NCBI GenBank assembly: GCA_026389425.1
Contig: JAPLHW010000257.1
Span: 1-44,519, forward strand
Source: Coprothermobacterota bacterium
GTDB lineage: Bacteria > Caldisericota > JANLFM01
Reading direction: 5' to 3'
DNA: 44,519 nucleotides
Shown: positions 40,206 through 44,519 of the stretch, in pieces
How positions within the stretch are numbered: position 1 is the first letter of the stretch
Layout: the number at the start of each line of letters is the position of its first letter
Program-made: the position numbers and the translations under genes
The notes under the pieces: generated by a model
The model's database searches: none
What the model was told of the DNA's origin: nothing
The model's input: the letters and a program-made list of their open reading frames with translations, nothing else

Positions 40206-42677
40206 AGGGAATTGCGGGTGGAGGAGCTACGAGCCGCATCCAGCATCCAGGAGATGGGTTTCGAAAATACCAGCCAGGTACCTCCGCTGCAACGCACGAT
40301 CGGCCAGGATCGAGCGATGCGCGCCTTGGAGGTAGGGCTGGGGATCGACGCGCCCGGATTCAACATCTTCATCTCCGGCCGCAGCGGGACGGGTCGGACT
40401 TCGATCGTTCGCACCCTGGTGGAAAAAGTAGCCGCCGGCAAGCCGGTCCCCCCAGATTGGATCTACTTGTACAACTTCACCAACCCGGATCGCCCGCGCG
40501 CCTTCTCCCTTCCCCCTGGGCAAGGCGTGTTCTTCGCGGGAGCTGTGGAAGGGCTGGTCAACGCCTCCGCGGTCGAACTGCGCAAGCTCTTCGAGTCCCC
40601 CCTCTATCTGGAGCAACGCCGCCGGCTGGACACGGAGGCCGGCCGCCGCAAACAAACCCTCATCGCGCAGCTGGAGAAAGATGTCTTGGCCCATAGCTTC
40701 ACCTTGGAGTTCACCCCCCAGGGAATCCTCACCATCCCTACCTCCGCACAGGGAAAGAAGCTCTCCCCAAAGGAGTTTGACGAACTCCCGGAAGAGACCA
40801 GGGCATCGTACACTAGCCAAAGCGAGGGTGTTCAGGAAATGCTGCAAGCCTCCATGCTGGAGGCACACAAAGTGGACCGGGAGATGGCCGACCGCGTCGG
40901 CCAGGTGGAACGGGAGATGGCTGTTTCCCTCCTAAGCCCGCTCTTTCTAAAGATGAGAGAGAGCCCGCAGCAATGCTCGAGGGCGGGCGCTCCCCCTTTC
41001 GAGCCGCTCTGGGGATGGCTTCAAGAGATGAAGGAGGATCTGGTCGCTCATCTCTATGATTGGAGAGAGAAAGAAGGCGAGCCCATCCCTAAGGCAGCCG
41101 AGATCTCTCGCTATCGGGTGAACGTCTTCATCGACCGCACCCGTCAAGTCGGCGCCCCGCTGATCCTGGAGATGAATCCCTCGTACTACAACCTCACCGG
41201 CAAGATCGAGTTCCGGCCGGCCTTCGGCACCTACATCACCGATCAGACGATGATCAAGGCGGGAGCGATGGTCCAGGCTAACGGCGGCTATCTGGTCCTG
41301 CCGGCTCAAGAGCTGCTGGCCTCCCCCTTCGCTTGGGAAGCGCTGAAGAGGTCCTTGCGTCAGGAGCAACTACGGGTGGAAAACCTGAGCGAGTTCGCCG
41401 GCGGTGTCCCCACCGTGACCTTGCGGCCGGAGCCGATCCCCCTCGATCTGACCGTAATCCTGATCGGCCAGCCCGAGCACTACTCCATCCTGTACAGCCT
41501 GGATGAGGACTTCCGGAAGCTCTTCAAGATTCGGGCCGATTTCGACCTGGAGATGCCCAGAAACCAAGAGACGATTGCCGATTATGCGAGCTTCCTACAT
41601 GATCTGGCGGTAACTGCAGAGGATAGCCTGTGGCAGGACGGTCCACCCAGTGGTTCCGCAGCAGCCCTTGAGCATTGCTGCGGGTCTAAGGGCAGGGCTC
41701 AAACCCGTTCGATGCCGTTCCACGCCGGCGCTGTAGCGGCCCTGGTGGATTACGGCTCACGGCTGGCGGAGTCGCAGCGCAAGCTTTCCGCCCGCTTCGC
41801 TGAGATCTCCGACGTCGCTTTCGAGTCCTACTATTGGGCTCGGCGAGCGGGAAAGGACCAGGTCCAAGCCGAGCATGTGAGCCGCGCCCTAGAGGAGAAG
41901 GCTTTCCGTTCACGCCAGGTAGAGGACAAGATTCAAGAATCGATCGACCAGGGGACCTTGATGATCACCCTCGAGGGAGGGAAGGTGGGGCAGATCAACG
42001 GCCTCTCGGTCTATGCGTCAGGCGGGTACAGCTTTGGCCGCCCCAGCCGGATCACCGCCCGCACCTACCTAGGGGAGGAGGGTATCCTCCATATCGAGCG
42101 CGAGACCGAACTCTCCGGCCCGATCCACAGCAAAGGCGTGCTGACGCTGGCCGGCTACCTGGGGGGGCAATACGCCCAGGAATTCCCTCTCTCCTTTTCC
42201 GCTTCGATCACCTTTGAACAGCTTTACGAGGGGGTGGAAGGGGACAGCGCGTCCTCCGCCGAGCTCTACGCCCTTCTTTCCTCGCTGGCTGAGGTGCCTT
42301 TGCGGCAAGACGTAGCGGTGACCGGCTCGGTCAATCAGTATGGCGAGATCCAACCGATCGGTGGAGTCAACGAGAAGGTGGAGGGCTTCTTCGCCGTCTG
42401 CAAAGCCAAAGGATTGACCGGGCGGCAGGGAGTGATGATCCCGCCTGGGAACGTGCAAAATTTGATGTTACGTGATGAGGTGGTGGAGGCTGTGCGGGGT
42501 GGCTTCTTCCATGTCTGGGTGGTCCGCACGGTCGATGAAGGGATCGAACATCTGACCGGACTGCCCGCCGGGGAGCGCTTGGCGGAAGGAGGCTTCACCC
42601 CGGGCAGCGCTCATGAACTCGTCTATCGCCGTCTCGGCCGCTTTGCCGAACGAATGAAAGAATACGACGCCGGATAA
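40140..42677 (+). CDS. LonC-like (Lon-family S16) protease with degenerate AAA+ module
   Basis: ATG 40140 after AAGGAGG. P-loop-like GRSGTGRTS (Arg in place of the Walker A Lys), a long helical insertion, and a C-terminal Lon protease domain (GKVGQINGLSV, GVEGDSASSAELYALLS, GGVNEKVEGFF). The 935-aa ORF in the track extends upstream across nadA. Confidence 0.8.
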   Translation: MTERAAASYQAAASSQAAVGSARELRVEELRAASSIQEMGFENTSQVPPLQRTIGQDRAMRALEVGLGIDAPGFNIFISGRSGTGRTSIVRTLVEKVAAGKPVPPDWIYLYNFTNPDRPRAFSLPPGQGVFFAGAVEGLVNASAVELRKLFESPLYLEQRRRLDTEAGRRKQTLIAQLEKDVLAHSFTLEFTPQGILTIPTSAQGKKLSPKEFDELPEETRASYTSQSEGVQEMLQASMLEAHKVDREMADRVGQVEREMAVSLLSPLFLKMRESPQQCSRAGAPPFEPLWGWLQEMKEDLVAHLYDWREKEGEPIPKAAEISRYRVNVFIDRTRQVGAPLILEMNPSYYNLTGKIEFRPAFGTYITDQTMIKAGAMVQANGGYLVLPAQELLASPFAWEALKRSLRQEQLRVENLSEFAGGVPTVTLRPEPIPLDLTVILIGQPEHYSILYSLDEDFRKLFKIRADFDLEMPRNQETIADYASFLHDLAVTAEDSLWQDGPPSGSAAALEHCCGSKGRAQTRSMPFHAGAVAALVDYGSRLAESQRKLSARFAEISDVAFESYYWARRAGKDQVQAEHVSRALEEKAFRSRQVEDKIQESIDQGTLMITLEGGKVGQINGLSVYASGGYSFGRPSRITARTYLGEEGILHIERETELSGPIHSKGVLTLAGYLGGQYAQEFPLSFSASITFEQLYEGVEGDSASSAELYALLSSLAEVPLRQDVAVTGSVNQYGEIQPIGGVNEKVEGFFAVCKAKGLTGRQGVMIPPGNVQNLMLRDEVVEAVRGGFFHVWVVRTVDEGIEHLTGLPAGERLAEGGFTPGSAHELVYRRLGRFAERMKEYDAG

Positions 42678-42679
42678 CT

Positions 42680-42739
42680 CCGCAGCGACGGGGACAACAG
42701 CAATGGGGACAGATTTCAAATCTGTCCTCATTGCTGCGG
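42680..42739. terminator. long hairpin between convergent genes (possible bidirectional terminator)
   Basis: GCAATGGGGACAGATTT / AAATCTGTCCTCATTGC (17-bp arms, one G-T pair, 42700-42734), plus an outer CCGCAGC/GCTGCGG pairing. No clear U-tract. Confidence 0.5.
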
Positions 42740-42748
42740 AGGGTGACT

Positions 42749-43186
42749 TCAACTTGGGGATCTTCCGTCACTCCGGGAAGGTGCGCGAATCCTCCGGTCG
42801 ATGAATTGCCATCGACATCCGGCGTACAAGAGGAAAAAGGGGATCATTCCGACCCATAGCCAGGTGTTCCAGAATAGCCAAGGCAAGAAGTAGACCGCGA
42901 CCATCCCTATCAGGATGGGTAGAAAGGCCGCCCAGACGATGAGGGCCTGAGGCCACCGCAGCAAACGCCAATGGACGAAGAGGGAAAGCCGGAACAGGTC
43001 GAGGATGAAAGTGCCACCGATGGGAATGGCCAAGACCAGCCACTCTCTTCTGGGAAGATTCCAGGCCGCGCTTAAGATCACCACCGCAGTCAAGAAGAGG
43101 ATCAAGCTAAGGGTGGAGAGAACTCGGTCCAATCGCCGCGCTTTCTCGATCTGGTAGAGTCGCAGTTCATCCATCTCGCTTGCCAT
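42749..43186 (-). CDS. hypothetical integral membrane protein (3-4 TM helices)
   Basis: 145 aa with hydrophobic segments LSLILFLTAVVILSAAW, LVLAIPIGGTFILDLF, ALIVWAAFLPILIGMVAVYFLPWLFW and LWVGMIPFFLLYAG. Confidence 0.55.
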   Translation of the reverse strand: MASEMDELRLYQIEKARRLDRVLSTLSLILFLTAVVILSAAWNLPRREWLVLAIPIGGTFILDLFRLSLFVHWRLLRWPQALIVWAAFLPILIGMVAVYFLPWLFWNTWLWVGMIPFFLLYAGCRWQFIDRRIRAPSRSDGRSPS

Positions 43187-43261
43187 AGACCTCCGGTCGA
43201 CCCGGGATGGACCAGCCGGGAAAAGATTCAGGCGCCATTCTTCAAGCTTCCCCGAAGAAGT

Positions 43262-44519
43262 TCAAGGGTTCGCCTGAAACCTCCCTTCCATAGTCATTGC
43301 CAACGGCGTGTTGGCCGGAGGCGTCCCCCACTTCCACAGAATGTAGTCCACCAGGGTCTGGTTGTCGGAGAGGCCCAGGGGGGTCACCTGACTTGCCTGG
43401 GTGAAGACCGTGAAGGACTCTCCCCCGCTGGCCAAATAGGAACTGGTGGCCACCCGGTAGACCTGGTCCGGCAGGATGGGCGTGCCATCCTCCAGGGCGA
43501 GGGATAGAACGCGAGACCCTGCCGGGTTGGCCGCCCGGTAGGTGTAGCGAAAGCCGGAGATTTGCAGCATATCCACGGCATTTTGGTTGGGCGGCCATTG
43601 CTGCTCCAGGAGTCCCAGGATCTGGGCGCCGGTCAGTTCCACTGTGACCAGAATATTGTTGAACGGCTGAATTGCATAGCAATCTCCCCAGGATACTTGA
43701 TGCGGGTAGCTTGGGTAGTTTAGATCGGAGCGGATCCCACCTGCATTCATGATGCCGATCTGGGCCTGCGCTTTCCAGCGGAAGGCGTCAGCGATCAGAT
43801 CTCCGATCGGGGACTCAGCGTTCCACTTGTCACCGATTGGGATGGGTCCGGTCACGGAAGCAACCACCTGATCCTGAATCTTGGCGATCTGGGCGTTGTA
43901 GCCATCTACCGTTGAAGTGATTCCCTGGTCGGGGATCAGTCCATCATCCTGGATCAAAGCCAGCTCTTGTGCACTCCAGACTACCCCGCCATTCAACCGG
44001 TCGATTCGCCAGCGCGAGATGCCCAGGGCCAGGCCGGCGTAATTCTGTTGGAGGATGGGAATCCCGTTGACTGTACCGTTGAGGAGGGTATGGGAATGAC
44101 CGCTGGCGAGGAGATCCACCCCTTTCAGGCTCTCTGCCAGGTTGGCCACTTCGCCGGTAATAATGGGAGAGCCTGGTGTTTGCTCTCCTCCAAAGTGAGC
44201 CAGGACCACCACCATCTGGGCTCCTTGGGAACGCAATTGTGTGGATATCTGATTGATGATTGGAGCGGGATCCAGGAACTCCAGCCCATTCAGGTTCCCC
44301 GGCATGACGATGTGGGGAGTCTCCAGTGTGGTGGCGCCTACCAGGCCGACACGGATCCCCTTCACTTCCAGCATGGCGGAGGGTTGGATCCAGGCGGGTC
44401 GCTGATCGCTCCCCTCTAGAAAGATGTTGCAGGAAAGCCAGGGAAAATGGGCCTGGGCAATCCGCTCCTGCAACACGGTCTGCCCCCAGTCGAAGTCATG
44501 GTTGCCGAAAGCTGAAGCC
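43262..44519 (-). CDS. 5'-nucleotidase / UshA-like metallophosphoesterase (5' end outside the window)
   Basis: The frame stays open to the window edge, reading ...FGNHDFDWGQ. GHSHT motif and the 5'-nucleotidase C-terminal domain (GGIRSDL..., YRVATSSYLASGG). Confidence 0.8.
   Translation of the reverse strand, partial: ASAFGNHDFDWGQTVLQERIAQAHFPWLSCNIFLEGSDQRPAWIQPSAMLEVKGIRVGLVGATTLETPHIVMPGNLNGLEFLDPAPIINQISTQLRSQGAQMVVVLAHFGGEQTPGSPIITGEVANLAESLKGVDLLASGHSHTLLNGTVNGIPILQQNYAGLALGISRWRIDRLNGGVVWSAQELALIQDDGLIPDQGITSTVDGYNAQIAKIQDQVVASVTGPIPIGDKWNAESPIGDLIADAFRWKAQAQIGIMNAGGIRSDLNYPSYPHQVSWGDCYAIQPFNNILVTVELTGAQILGLLEQQWPPNQNAVDMLQISGFRYTYRAANPAGSRVLSLALEDGTPILPDQVYRVATSSYLASGGESFTVFTQASQVTPLGLSDNQTLVDYILWKWGTPPANTPLAMTMEGRFQANP

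Noticed and set aside
43187-43261. TTCTTC...GAAGAA pairing downstream of the 5'-nucleotidase gene as a terminator
   Set aside because: A 6-bp AT-containing stem with a 10-nt loop and no U-tract. Not convincing.

Overview
44.5-kb window from a high-GC bacterium. Spot counts of single 60-nt lines give about 62-67% GC in core genes. I cannot assign a taxon; two near-consensus promoters sit immediately upstream of start codons, suggesting leaderless mRNAs. Layout: (i) 1-5000 is mostly chromosomal: a lipoprotein alpha/beta hydrolase and a glycerol-dehydrogenase-like gene coupled to an ADP-ribosylglycohydrolase, with a low-GC RelE-like/Phd toxin-antitoxin (TA) cassette lying between two copies of the glycohydrolase 3' end. 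(ii) 5000-29700 is an accessory/defence island. It holds an IS630-family element interrupting an amidohydrolase remnant, a solitary CRISPR-like repeat, and a decayed IS3-family element. It also holds a low-GC block (8.4-14.3 kb) with an unusual operon: a Cys-less radical-SAM-like + dCTP-deaminase-like + TM fusion, an intact radical SAM enzyme, and endonuclease IV, plus a convergent 5'-3' exonuclease. Next comes a Type I R-M operon (hsdM ... hsdS ... hsdR) invaded by three guest genes: a YhcG/DUF1016 nuclease, a REP-associated tyrosine transposase (RAYT), and a truncated HATPase_c_4 regulator. A 24-nt REP hairpin family occurs even inside coding sequences. The island ends with a phage-type replication module remnant, a RelE/RHH TA cassette flanked by duplicated MFS 5' ends, an MFS + aminoglycoside-phosphotransferase pair, and an AbiEii/AbiEi pair in inverted order. 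(iii) 29800-44519 is a housekeeping block: membrane zinc-ribbon protein, M42 peptidase, thpR, cinA/pncC, nth, rpsA, nadCBA, LonC-like protease, membrane protein, and a partial 5'-nucleotidase. The best candidate for an undescribed system is the 8886-12962 operon. All calls rest on reading the ORF translations and nucleotide sequence by eye; no searches were run.
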